Origin: Trichoplax adhaerens
Lineage: Eukaryota > Animalia > Placozoa
NCBI RefSeq assembly: GCF_000150275.1
Contig: NW_002060947.1
Span: 3,588,980 to 3,652,979, forward strand
Direction of reading: 5' to 3'
Length of the DNA: 64,000 bases
Shown: positions 39,708 to 53,327 of the stretch, in pieces
Layout of the letters: every line of letters starts with the position of its first letter
Numbering within the stretch: position 1 is the stretch's first letter
Program-made: the position numbers and the translations under genes
The notes under the pieces: model-generated
The model's database searches: none
The model's input: only the letters and a program-made list of their open reading frames with translations
What the model was told of the DNA's origin: nothing

Positions 39708-41281
39708 CTAAGGCCAGGTAATGACTTTAGCTTTGGATAATTTTTTCGGCGGTGCCTCATCCTGTAAAGAAGAGTTGATAAAACAATTCCTAGTTTAATA
39801 TAGTGGCCAAAATTACCTTTTCTAAAGAAGTTTTCATCACATCATTAGAACTTAGCGCCATTTATACGTATTTATAGGCATAATAGCAATCTGGCACTCT
39901 GCAATTACATTGCTATCGCGGTTCAATACCACAAACCCTCAAGATTAGCATAAACATACTGGAGTAAGCGCTTTCCTCTTCGCATGTACACTTGAAGGCC
40001 CGTCAAGATTCATATTATTATTAGGACTAGAGGTTGATGGAAATTGTTGAGAGGTGCTAGTTCGATTTATTGTAATATTAGTGTTATCTGCCATCCTCAC
40101 AATCTTAGCTTCTTTTGGATTGTCGTCAGGGCTAGAAATGGTTTGATTTTACAAGTCGAAACATTATATAAGAGATTAACCATGTCTGATACGTATTAGG
40201 AATTTTAGAATAGAATATACGATCTTAAATCTTGCAGAATATGAGATTATTACATATCAATGCACAAAAACCCAACCAGAATTTATCATACCAAATTACA
40301 ATCGTTATTCAATATGATTTTAAACTTTTAATATAGCGCATATACATACTGTACTAAATATAACTGAAATAATCTTTAGGTTGTACGTAAATCTGGTACC
40401 AGCGATAGTAGTAAAAACGCAATGAAACAGTAATACACAATTACTGAACCATTAGCCCTAGCCATTTTGCATAAATTACCGTACTTTGTACACTTCGTTT
40501 ACTGTAAGCTGTCTTATTGATACATTCATTAGACATTACTGTACTGTATACCTCGTATTATGTAGTAATATTAATTGTACGCTAGCGCAACTTACGCCAT
40601 TGTTCCCTGTTGCACGACTTTCAGTGCCCTCTTGCGTTGACTATTGATTTGATGATTAGGTTTACTTGTATTGTCAATAAAATCACTTGTTAGATCGCCA
40701 TTATGAACATCATGACGATTGGAAGTTCTACCAAGCGTAGAATCCTCATCATTGATCCAGTTGGCAGTCGCTTCACCTGTCGTAAATAGCTGAGAGTTGC
40801 ATAAATTATCCGCTTGATTTGTGGATGGCGTAGTAAGTGAATGATCAGATTGATTTCTAGCTTGCAATTGCATCGATAATGGACGCTCTGATCGTTTAGC
40901 TCGAGGCATAATATATTGTTGGTACAGTTTAAGAAGAGCAATCTTATCCAGACTACGATCAACGCTAATTCCTCTCTGATCAAAGATTGTTAGCAAATGC
41001 TGCCTTGATAAAATGTGTGGGTAGACGAGGAGTGATGCAGAATTGAAATTGCTACATTTTTGTACATCGGTATCATTATTATGATCACTGTCCATCCTCT
41101 CAGCTAAATTGGAATATTCCTTTTTGGCACAAAGCCTACCTGGATAGATGGTATGGCTAGACTTAGTGGCAGCATCCTCTGCCTTTGTACATTGACCACT
41201 GTTGGTATTTTTGCAAAATTCAACGCCACTGCTAGATGGAAGGTGGGTTCTGTCAATTTTGAACATTCCATTATTTGCCAT
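39708..41281 (-). CDS. C2orf49: Ashwin (C2orf49) homologue, tRNA-ligase complex subunit, 3 exons
   Basis: LLVYPHILSRQHLLTIFDQRGI...LLKLYQQYIMPRAKR matches the ashwin N-terminal domain. Exons 40596-41281, 39960-40131 and 39708-39761 splice in frame and end KAKVITWP*, the family's TWP terminus. The true start may be a downstream Met (MDSDHNN). Confidence 0.85.
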
Positions 41282-41302
41282 TGCTATCTTATTATTCTAT
41301 TA

Positions 41303-41810
41303 TACTGTACAGTACTGTACAGTACGGTGTACAGTACAAGCGTGATTATTTTCGATGGCACCCTGAAAACATACAAGCTAAATCAGGCCCAAACTAGATA
41401 AGTTCTAAGTTCTATATTTGGTTGTAGCCTAATAGTTCATGTTATCATGATAATCTATCTTGGGAGATATCCTTCTATGGGTATATATAAATACTATACA
41501 GGAATTTCAACGGAATACAACTTGGATTTTTGAACGAAGAATAGACATCGAAAATAATCAGATTGTACTGTAGAGTATAATAGCACACTACAGTACTCTA
41601 CTGTACTGTACTGTACATACAGTACAGCAGACTCTGGAAAACGTCAGAGCCAACCCTAATCAAGCTAAGCAGTTCAGTTCAACTATTATAGCGTTTGTTT
41701 TTAATTCTATTTTTAGCTTAGATACTTTTTATTGGTTTATTCTACTGTAATTCTATTGTACTGTACAGTACATACTGTACGGTGTACGGTACAGTATAAT
41801 AGCCGTACTG
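41303..41810. repeat. TACAG/CTGTA arrays in the ashwin/MYO6 divergent promoter
   Basis: Clusters at 41303-41338, 41564-41630 and 41757-41810. Confidence 0.85.
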
Positions 41811-41861
41811 TGCGTCAGAGCCAACCCTAATCAAGTAAGCAGCTCAGTTCAACTATTGTAG
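41642..41861. repeat. About 50-bp direct repeat, two copies (41642-41691, 41813-41861)
   Basis: cgtcagagccaaccctaatcaag(c)taagcag(t/c)tcagttcaactatt(a/g)tag; the copies differ by one indel and two substitutions. Confidence 0.92.
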
Positions 41862-42425
41862 GTCGAGTCAGACACTAAGCTAGCTTATAATAACCTGCTG
41901 TGCTGACGTGTTGAACTACTCACCAAGAGGCAAGAGGTGACAGTGAGGAGATTGCCAATATTGCATCTGCCATTGATTCAATTTTCACCAAATTTCGCCT
42001 AAGAACTTCAAAGGTATCTCTCGAATCAATTCTCTTCTTCTTCATCATTGATTGAATAAATTTCTACAACAGTCCAGTAAATGCTGTACTAGAAGATAGT
42101 AAATTGAATTTTTGTTTTTGTTCTATACTTGGAGACTTGTTAAATTGAACTTTCAGTTTTCCCATTTTCATCTACTGCACATTGTACAATACGGTATACC
42201 TACTGTACTGTACAACTGTCCACTTGTATGCAGCATCTGCTTCTCGTCATCATTCACTTCATTTCATTGATTGTGGTAGCGATTCTATGAAATGGTTTAC
42301 TAGTCAAATAAGTAGTAAAAACAAATCCATAAATTAACTACACTATTTCCTTAATGTTTTACTTCCATCATTTGAAGAATTTGCTGTTATCCAAATTATC
42401 TTTATTGCTGTACCCGAAGAAGAAC

Positions 42426-42452
42426 AATAATAATAATAATAATAATAATAAT
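42426..42452. repeat. (AAT)9 microsatellite
   Basis: Direct reading; lies in the presumed first intron of MYO6. Confidence 0.9.
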
Positions 42453-43970
42453 AGTAATATAGCAATAATTGTACGATCTGCATAGAAATGATAAATAACA
42501 TGGTATTGATCATGGATAATACAAGATTTATGGATAACAGTCGTGAAAAAGAAAGAGTAATGAATTATAATCTATTAATTCCTTTATCCAAGACGACTCG
42601 AGTAGAGACTTTTTGCCAATTTTTGAGTACTTTTGAAAATCAACAAATTCAGTACCATGTCATACCTAACAGATCTATCCATCAAGTAACTAGGAAAACA
42701 ACAAATCGATCGATTTCGATCCTACTGTACAGTACTGTATTTATAGAATTTATTTAATAGAGACTAGAGGCCTCTTCACTCTCTATAATAATTATTATTA
42801 TTGCACACAAACAAGCTTGTCTAATATGACAGTAGCGAATCTCATCGCTATATTAACGTTGCATATGGTTTAATTATAATTTCCCCTTTTCAAATACGTA
42901 AATCACGTAAAAATTCCATCTTACGTATTCTTCTTCACTCTTGCTGATGTAGACAGTCGCGGTTTTATCGGAGCTATTACGAAATTTTTTTTTGGGGGGG
43001 GGAACATTTAAATGGCTGTCTCGTCTCGAAACCTTCTTTTGATATATTATTTGTCCAATTTCTTTTTATCAAAATAAATATTCAGTACATACAGTACTGT
43101 ACTTTGACCATGGTTGCCTGAATGAAGTTGACAAGTTGACTGAAAGACAATCCTCAAGAAAAGTATGCACACAGCAATTATCGTGCTTGACAGTATTACT
43201 ACTCGTATGTATTGAGGTGTATTAGCAGAATCAGAAACTACCCACTGATTGTTAACATAAAAGTGTTTTCTCTGAGAAATTTCCCTCACAGAGATCGATG
43301 AATTGACGTACTTTCGGTCATAAAAATTATACTGTGCAGTACACAGTGTACGAGCCGAAAGTATATAAAAGTTAAATTTAAATACTTAATACGCTTCTAC
43401 TACTGAAGTTAAATATTCTAACATACACACATAACATAGATACGAGTACAGTTTACCACAGACTGGTTGGTTCTTGTGTAATTTAACATCGTAAAATCGC
43501 TCACATTCGTTCGTTATTCAGATAATGAACTGTAACGTAAACATGGTAGCTTATTGTGGTCAATAGGAGATTGCGTTGAATATTTATCGTGAGGATAAAA
43601 TAGAATACTAGTGCAGTATTCACCAACTGTATTTTCTCCTTTTACTGGCATGCATAATAATGGGCGCTATACATGCAATGTCGCATGTCACTATAAGACA
43701 CATTAAAATGACCTGTTTTAGTAATCTTAAAGTATTATCAGCTGCGTTACATTACAAGCTATAACCCTACTAATGATTTTACTCTTAGCCATTACAACGA
43801 ATCAGTAATATTGTACTAATTTTACTTACATTAATTAATTATTATAATGAATCAATAAAGTTGATCCTACTAGGATATCCTTTTATTTTCCTTCCTAACA
43901 ATCATTTCTAAAGATATCTGATAGATCTTATTGTTCTTAACCTGATCACATCTTTTTTGCTAGGTAAATT

Positions 43971-46900
43971 ATGGATGGAGGTCGTCTAGTATGGGCTCCG
44001 GATGAAAAAGAGGGATTTACTCTAGGAACGATTGTCGATGTCGGTACGGAAACATTGACGATACAGCCTAGATCCTCTTCTTCGCAGGTAATTGCTATAG
44101 GGTATTATTTTAAATAAGAATACCGTGTTCTAATTGCCAAATACTAAAAATTTCCATTTGGCAACTGAAAAGTAACTAATTCACTAGTTTTATATATTGT
44201 AACTGAATATCGGATGAAAATTTTTTTATGGCCGCTTAAGTTCTATTATTATTGACCGTGCTCTAGCTATTAACATTATACTAGAGCAGTTTCTCTTTGA
44301 AGTGCAGTAGTAAAATATGCCTATGCTAACGACCTTGAAAATTAAATTATAGACCATCCAGGTACCGTATAACCGTTTATTCTTAGCCGATGAAGACGAT
44401 TCTCGAACTGCAGATGACAATTGTAAGTGTCAATACACGTAACGGTGTAGGATCCCCGACTGTCATAATACATCAATACAATCCTTACTGTACAGTACTG
44501 TAGTTATATTAATATTTACAAACTTGATATCTTGACTTTACATGTACATTCAAATTCTGCAAAAGATTCAATAATTCTTTGTTACGTTATGCTTTCCTGC
44601 TTAAACTTTTAAATACTAGCTACTACTGTTTTTATTTAGCGACTATAAGCGTTAATGTTATATTATAGCTACATATAAATTAAGGCTTTGATTTTCTGAC
44701 AAATTTCATTCCAATTTTCTCTTACATATTTCCTTAACTCGGAATACGTATAGTTAGTCCGGTTAATTGTCTATAATTCAATTCGTATTGTTGTAATCTT
44801 TAGTCTTTTAAATTCAAAAGGAATTTCGGTCACATGAACCTAAATCGCCTTCAATTCTCAATACAAACAGTCGTATTATAGTCCTACATTTCTATTCTAT
44901 CAAAATTAGGCAAAAATATATTAACTGCTTTTCTTCATTAAAATTTAAACCTCGTATGTCGTATTCTCTCATACATTACGTCTTTAGTACACTAGTCAAT
45001 CGGGAAGGAAAAATTGATATTCCTATGATATTCCCATAAGAATTGAACGATGTTCTTGATTGTCATCAAAAGACATTTAATGTATTGATATAACGTCAAA
45101 CATTGCTTTCTCACTTGCAGACTGGTAACTCGTATATAAGACAGGTTGCTATCCTCGATTGCGTAAATAATATAATTATCCTATACCAACTGGCTCATCT
45201 AATAGCTCTGATGAACTATTAGTTACTAACAACTAAAAGTACATTGCAGCTACTACTATTGTAAATATTAATTTCTGTAAGAAATCTGTTTAAATGAAAT
45301 TTATCATTCCATACTCCCTGAGTACGATTGAATTAAGTTTTTACCTATCATCACATAAAATATCTCATATGCACATATTTTGATTGATCTAACAATACAA
45401 CATTACGCTTATGTTGTTGATACAATTAATCATGTACGAATATCTAATTATCTATTCATTGAGCGGGTACACTAGAGACCTTAGAGGGTTTCTAGGGTAC
45501 ACCCTATAGTACCTGCATATAGTGCTTTAATAGCTGTACTGTATAGCTATAGTAATTCCCTAACTAGCCTAAGATCCAAATATAGTATTTCATGCATCGG
45601 CGAGCAAACGCTATGATAATAATGAATAGCTTCTGTGGTCGGCTGAAAATATAAACTAGCTGAAATAATTAGCCCATAGTATTATAGCATGTAGCACAGA
45701 GCTTAAAGTTCGCTTCCGCTACCATCGCTGTTACTCCTTGAATTAGTTAGATATCAATAGTTGAAGAGGAGTAGAGAATCACAAATTTACCTGTATCAAA
45801 ATTAATTCACTAGCCGCATCTTACTAATTTCGCTTTGTTCTCTTACTTCAGGTTCGCTAATGTATCTAAACGAAGCTACTCTGTTGCATAATTTGCGATT
45901 AAGATACCATACCGATATTATTTATGTAAGTTCTACGTATTTATATAAAAAATAAAATTTTCCAACCTTTATCGGTAACGTTTGAGTAACTAATTAATTA
46001 ATAACAATGCACAATTTTAAGATGATTAATGATAAAAGTAATTCTTTATTTTTTAGACATTTGTTGCAAACATCTTGCTAGCTGTTAACCCCTATCATGA
46101 ACTAAAAATTTATGATGCCGAACATGTCAAACGGTACCATAATAAATCATTAGGGCAACTTCCGCCTCATATCTATAGTATCGGTAAGTTTCTTTTTCTA
46201 GTCGGGCTACTTGAGTTGAAAGTGATCGTATAGATAATCGCTTGCAAACTCTAAACGTAACTTTACTTCGCATTTATACAGCACAATACTAAACTAACCT
46301 TCTTAACAATTAAAAATACAGCCGATAAAGCGTATCGTGATATGAGAATATCCAAGCAGAGTCAATCAATTATTGTTAGCGGTAAGTTACTCATTTTGAT
46401 TGTTTTACTAACGTAACAACTCTAATATAATCGATTATTCCACTCTTTACTAATATTAAAGGTGAAAGTGGAGCCGGGAAAACTGAATCGACTAAATATA
46501 TAATTAGGTATACAATCTACAGGCAATAATAAATAGAGGCCTATCGGTTAAGTTCTCTGTATTCTGAAAAGAATTTAGCGTACTCGCACTGCATCTACAT
46601 ACGTAGTGTGTAATTTATAACTTTCTAAAATTACTTGTTTAATTATATTTAATTATTGTCTGTCGCTCATCTTTATAGATATTTAACTGAGTCATGGGGT
46701 CAAGGCGCTGGAACCATCGAGCAGCGTATTGTGGAAGGTAGTCATATTTCGACGCTGATTTATGCTAGATGATGCTATGAACTACTTACTGTTCGCTACT
46801 TCAAAATTTCAAGGAAATAATTATTTGATTAATAATTATAATTCAATATACCAGATTAATAGTTATCCGTACAGACATATAGGCATGAGCATCACACTGA

Positions 46901-49900
46901 ATCACCTAAACATATTTGAACGGTATATTATAACGTTTTATTGCCCTTTCATAGCAAACCCTCTTCTGGAAGCCTTTGGAAATGCCAAAACTGTACGAAA
47001 CGACAACAGTAGCAGATTTGGCAAATTCGTTGAAATTCACTTTGATAGTCAGGTTTGATATTGCTTTTTTAAACGAACTTATCGTACGTGCGGAGCGTAT
47101 TCTCAACGTTAACAAAAACAATTTCTAAAATGGATTATAATAAATTATATCATACTATAGTCAAGCGTAGTAGGTGGCTTTATTTCGCATTATTTACTCG
47201 AAAAATCGCGTATATGCGTCCAGAGCAAATATGAGAGAAACTATCACATCTTTTACGCTCTTTGTGGAAGCTTGCCAGATGAACAGAAAAAGAAGCTGTA
47301 CTTGAAAAATATCAGTGATTACAAGGTTGATAGCTCAAACGTTTTCATTTCGCTTAAACTACAGCAGTGATAGTAAAAGGAATTACTACTCTTTACCGTT
47401 ACGCCATATCAACATTACAAATAGAATTTATCTCATCTCCATCATTAGCCAATTCGTATCTTTTCGTTAATATCAAATTTGAGCCGAGATAATCCTCACA
47501 AACTTATTTTTTGTTTTATAGTATTTAAATCACGGTGATGTCGATATCACTACTAGGGATAATGTCGGAGACTTCAAGCGCATGGAAGCTTCTATGAACA
47601 AGTTAAACATTGACATAACTGAACGATTCAATATCTACCGTCTGGTATCAGCCGTTTTACAATTAGGGAATATAACATTTGAGGAGGATCTTTCCGATAG
47701 CAGAGGTACAATAGAGTTGCCTTTAAACAAATTTTGATTATAATTTGGTACTAGTACTCACAACGTGATCGATTGGTCATCGTTTGAATTTTTTTAGGTG
47801 GTAGTAACGTATGTGATGAATCAAAATGTTATCTTCAAAATGCAAGTCGTCTTCTCTGTCTTGATGAATCTGATTTAGCAAATAGTCTAACTACTCGTGT
47901 TATGACTACTGCTAGAGGTGGTACGAAAGGGACTGTTTACATGTATGTTTCATAATATTATCCACATTTTATTAACTCTTTATAGTTTTTCATTTATTTA
48001 TTTAAAGCGGTAACCTCCTATGATTACCTAATTGCACTTATATAATAGGGTTCCGCTAAAACCTGAGCAATGCACAAATGCCCGTGATGCTCTCGCTAAG
48101 GCAATTTATTCCCGTCTATTTGATGCGGTTGTTGGTAGAATCAATTCATGCATTCCATTCAAAAGTACCTCTAATTATATAGGAGTACTAGATATCGCAG
48201 GATTTGGTAAATATGCATTGTTACCATTGCTTGTCGTAAACAGCCGGCTACATGTTAAGATTCGGTTAAATATTTATTATTTTACAGAATATTTTCGCTA
48301 CAACAGCTTTGAACAATTCTGTATTAACTACTGCAATGAAAAACTGCAGCAGTATTTCAACAATAGAGTCCTAATCGAGGTTCGAAATAACGCACTTCAT
48401 ACTTAATTCCCGTAGCACTGAAAACGTTCAACCATTTTGTACAGATTATGAAATTCGGATATGTTCGCATTAAGTACAAAGATTTTATATAACATTAGGA
48501 ACAGAAACTCTATGAAGTGGAAGGGCTCGGAATCTCGCCTGTTTCATTTACGGACAACCAAGACTGTATAGGTAACAATAATTCGAAATACGATCTTCAA
48601 ACGTTCCTTGCTGTAACTATATTAAACCTCTAGGAAGTCCACTAACTTACTAAATATAATATAGAGTACTGTTAATTAACCAGCAGTAGCTCTTAGCATT
48701 TCCATTGCTTAATTAAATATCTTTAATATTGCAATAGATATTATCGAGGCTAAACCGAACGGTATATTTAATTTATTGGATGAAGAAAGCAAACTACCTA
48801 AAAGCAGCTGTGAACATTTTACTTTAGCAGTACACGAACGTTATGATGGACACTTTCGGCTGATGGTATTGCACTATTTTAGTCCTTAAGAAATGCCTAC
48901 AACAATATATCTTAATTAATATAACTACTTCGAACTAGGCACCAAGAAAATCAGCTGTATCTACTTATAGAACATTACGTAATGAAGAAGGATTCATAAT
49001 TCGTCATTTTGCTGGCGCTGTTTGTTATGCAACTGTAAAGATTTTCTCCTTTTATCATATCATATAGAATTCAATAGATAAAATACTAATTTGCCTATAA
49101 TAATGGTACAATATGCAGTATTAAAATGCTTTAATTTTATGGCAACTTAGAGACAATTTATAGAAAAAAATAACGATGCTCTTCACACCAGTTTGGAAAT
49201 GTTAATTCATGAAAGTAAAGACTTATTCTTGAAGGGCGTATTTTGTCGCGAAGTTGAAAGTGATAAACCAAAGTCGAAAAAAAGTAATACGTCAAAACTT
49301 GCGCTAGTTAGTGTTGGCAATAAATTTAAGGTAAAATTTAGCAAATTTTTGTATACTTTGCTGTAAAGCATGTTTCTTCGTCCTTCTAATATACAATCAT
49401 TTTACATCACGCTATTTTATCGTTCCTGTAGACACAACTAAAGGAATTAATGAGCAAGTTAGAAAGCACGGTAAAAATGTTTTTACGATCTGTATCAAAT
49501 GCTTAGAACTCTAAGCTGTTGGAACAATTTGCTACCAATTTATGCCTGCTATCGAAATATGTTCAAGCTAATCTAAACTCACATTGCAGGGATCATCCTT
49601 CATACGATGTATCAAACCTAATGGAACTATGTCAAGTAATGTATTTGAAGGCGGCAGTGTATTAAGTCAACTTCAATGCGCAGGTAAATTTTTATGTACT
49701 CTGATATTAACATTAGATAAGGCTTTTACGAACGTTCCTAAGCTATTTATTGCTAGATAAAAAAGGCTAAAGAATAGTAATTTATTTCTGATACGCATAA
49801 TTATTATACAGGGATGGTTTCTGTTCTAAAGTTAATGCAGACCGGTTTTCCATCACGTACTTCGTTTAAAGATCTTTATCAGAGGTACTAGATAGTCTGA

Positions 49901-52900
49901 TACTAATCTTTATCATTTAATCCACCCTAAGAACGTCAAACCTAATAATCGGTGATAAGGCGACTCTAATGATTTATTAATCCTTTAATGAATCCACTAA
50001 TTTGCTTATGCTAAAGTAAAATTGATCCACAGATAGTGACTGTATAAAAATTATTTCAAATGGAGTTATTTGCACGTAGTCTGTATTCTGTATCTATAAT
50101 ATCATAACTGATGCAAAAGCAGGACATAAATTGTATCTATGATAAATTTTATTCAAAAATTGCTGCACAGTCCAGTAAGTAATTATAATTGCAGGTAACA
50201 TTTATGAAGTTCATACCAACTCATAATCACTGTAGCTTACATTGGATTTTTAGTATACTAAACTAAACTTACATAAATGATAGATACAAGGGAATTTTAC
50301 CAGAAAAACTTGCTTGTCTCGATCCTAGATTATTCTGCAAGGTTGGAAAATACTGTAGTTCAGGCTTATACTAGCCAAATACATGATTTAACAATTTTTT
50401 TATTGCAATATCACGCAGGCCCTTTTTCGAGCAGTAGGAATGAATGATCAAGATTTCCAGTTCGGATTAACAAAAGTATTCTTTCGCGCAGGAAAGGTAG
50501 ATACAGAAAATAATAGTTTTTGTCACGTCTAATTTGCAACTATACGCTGTTAATGTATAACGTTTTCTATCAAAGTTTGCAGAATTCGACCAAATTATGA
50601 AATCGGATAATGAAAGTTTAAAACAGATGGTGGCTAAGGTTGAAAAATGGTTGATTCGAGCAAGATGGAGAAAAGTGATTTGGGGTGCTTTATCCGTAAT
50701 AAAATGTAAGTAAATCTATAAGATTATAAAAATCCTATCGCAAGTCTAGTTTCTTATTATATCTTATTTAAATGACCATGCATTACACTACTTCCAAATA
50801 TCGTGAAGTAAAATGTGAGAATACGTATTACTGACATTGTATACTTCTACTGCATGAGTAATTAATTATAAAAAGCGAAATTTTTTTACCTGTCATACGA
50901 TAGTACACTTAAAGATTATGTACCGAAGACATCATTGGATTGTAATTCAAAAAAATGTTAGAACATTTCTTGCTATCCGTAAGCACAGACATAGGTAATT
51001 CATGAGGATAAAGGTGTTTACTAGCAATACTGTACACGATTATTACCATATTTAAATTCCGAATTATCAACTCCGATAGATACAAAGGAATGGCAAAAGT
51101 AACAACTCTATTCGACTTGATAAATCAAATGGAAGAAATAGGTATATTATTAAACATAAGAATGAAAAATATAGTGCCGTTGATGGAAAGTATATACAAA
51201 TAGAACAATCTATCATTATGTTTCTATTGACACCTTTTATCCAATAAATTCAGCACGTGAGTTAGAGGGAAACCATTACTTGAATCAAGTACAAGGTCTG
51301 GATGTAAAGATTAAGCACCTAATACATGAGATTAGGGTACGAGCGTAGTAAGACGATATACCTAAGCAATTTATTATTCTTTACCATGCACATAAATACA
51401 TTTATGAACTTGCTTACAGAATAAGCAAATCGACGAGAATCATATCAATAATAGTTATGATTCGCTGCTGAAAGCAACGACACAGCAATTAGAGGACTTA
51501 AAGATACAACTCAAAGATCAAAGAATTGCCAAAGAAGAGGAGAGAGTAAGAAAATTACAGGAGCAAATGGAACTTGAAAGAAAGCGTCGAGAAGAAGAAG
51601 AAGAAAAGAAAAGAAAAGAAGAAGAAGAGCGTAGAATGTTAGCAAAACTGTTGGATATTCTAATTGCGTCACCAAATATATACATCTCATATTATCATAA
51701 TTAAAAATTACAGAAAAGAAGACATGGAAGCGAAGAGAAAACAAGAAGAAGAAGAAATGAAAGTAAGAAAATTGAAAGAAGAAGAGGAGATGCGAAGATT
51801 AGAAGATTTACGAAAGAAACGTGAATTGGTTCGAAAGTTGCTTTCCTATATTTTTTATTTCAAATATACCTGTTTGATAGATTCAAAGTTAAAAGTTATA
51901 CTCAGAACTATGAAACACCTGAATTAGGAAGAGCAGGAAGCCCGAAGAAAGCAAGAAGAAGAAGAAGAGCGAAAGAGGTTTAAATTAATAAAATAGCATA
52001 GTTCAACTGCCTATTGTAGCAAACTCATCCTTTACCAAATTTGATCCACTACGAGTTCGTTAACTGCTAACTCAATGTACGTAGTACTTACCATTAAATA
52101 ACGATTAACTTTATCTTAGACGCTTAGCTGAGCAAGAACTTCATGATCGAGAACTTGCAGCTAGAATAGCTGCGGTAAATGACTTTATAATTTTATTATT
52201 ATTCAGGACCATGTATTGTCTACTCTACTAAATGAAACTTTGAACTCACTTTTCACAGGAATCAGGTGGTAGTGTTGTTAAAGAAAACTCCAATACGTTA
52301 AACCGGTAAATATATTTGTAACGTATGCATAACGAAATATATATCTGAATTCAAGTTAAATGTATGTCTCTTTATATTGGTGATAATCAAGAAGGACTGG
52401 ATTAAATCTTTAACCAATTTACGATAATTTTTATTTGCTAATGTCCTTGATTTACCAAAAGGAAAAAACCTGAAAAGAATGATTTATCGGGATACACATA
52501 TGCCCAACTTCGTGATATAATCAATACCTCATGTGGTAAGGAGCCATTACTTACTTTTTGATTTTTACAACACACCCAAAGCATCAACGGTTGTTGTACT
52601 AGCTATCATTATCTATAATTAGTGTGTTAATAGTTTATTACAATGTAAATTATTAAAACTACTATCCGATGCGCAAGCAAACAATCTTTAGAAAAATTAC
52701 TTATTACCACGTCATTCTTATAGATGTTGAACTGTTGCAAAGATGCCGGGAAGAATGCCATCGAAGATTGAAAGTTTATCATGCATGGAAAGAAAGAAAT
52801 AAACAGCAAGTGAATGTAGCTAACAGCCAACCATTAGATCAACGAGCTCCTCAAGTAGTGTATTCGGAAGGTATGTTCCACAACTGAAAATTCTTTAAGC

Positions 52901-53327
52901 TTGATCTTAAGAAATTTCTATAACTAGCTGAATCCATTAAATTGTTTAATCTTTCCGGTTTCGTATCATAGCTTCATCTAGAAGAAACTTTTCATTCCCA
53001 GACCCTTTTAACTACCTTCCTAATGATCAACCTCAACGCTTTTTTCGAGTTCCTTTCAATACTTCCGGTCCAGTCCCAAGACCATGCGGATGGTGGTTTG
53101 CTCATTTTGATGGTGATTGGGTTGTTAGACAGCTGGAGCTGCATTCTGGGCGTCCACCAGTTCTTTTATTAGCTGGTATCGATGACATGAACATGTGTGA
53201 GTTGCGATTACAGGAAACTGGACTAGCCACAAGACCTGGAGCTGAAATTTTACCAGAGGCATTTGAAGAAATTTGGCACAAGTGTGGCGGAAAGCCGTAT
53301 CAAAGGATACAACCTAGAAGGTCATAA
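43971..53327 (+). CDS. MYO6: Unconventional myosin VI, multi-exon
   Basis: [16 protein letters not shown] start; P-loop [10 protein letters not shown]; [21 protein letters not shown]; DIAGF; [15 protein letters not shown]; insert-2 [14 protein letters not shown]; ER/K single alpha-helix exons; cargo-binding [16 protein letters not shown] (RRL motif) and [19 protein letters not shown]; stop at 53325-53327. A probable 5'UTR exon ends at the donor at 42014. Confidence 0.96.
45465..45504. repeat. Imperfect inverted repeat in MYO6 intron
   Basis: GGGTACACTAGAGACC-ttagag-GGTTTCTAGGGTACACCC. Confidence 0.7.

Noticed and set aside
23514-41281. Functional clustering of tRNA-Leu with ashwin (tRNA ligase complex)
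   Set aside because: They are 16 kb apart with unrelated genes between, and the tRNA is intronless.
42488-43289. ORFs 42488-42757 and 43047-43289
   Set aside because: They lie in the presumed first intron of MYO6, are AT-rich, and show no recognisable motif or consistent splicing.
43875-43949. Apparent U12 AT-AC intron (ATATCCTTT...TTCTTAAC...AC) upstream of the MYO6 ATG
   Set aside because: No convincing upstream exon, and a normal polypyrimidine-TAG acceptor at about 43963 explains the structure; probably coincidental without junction reads.
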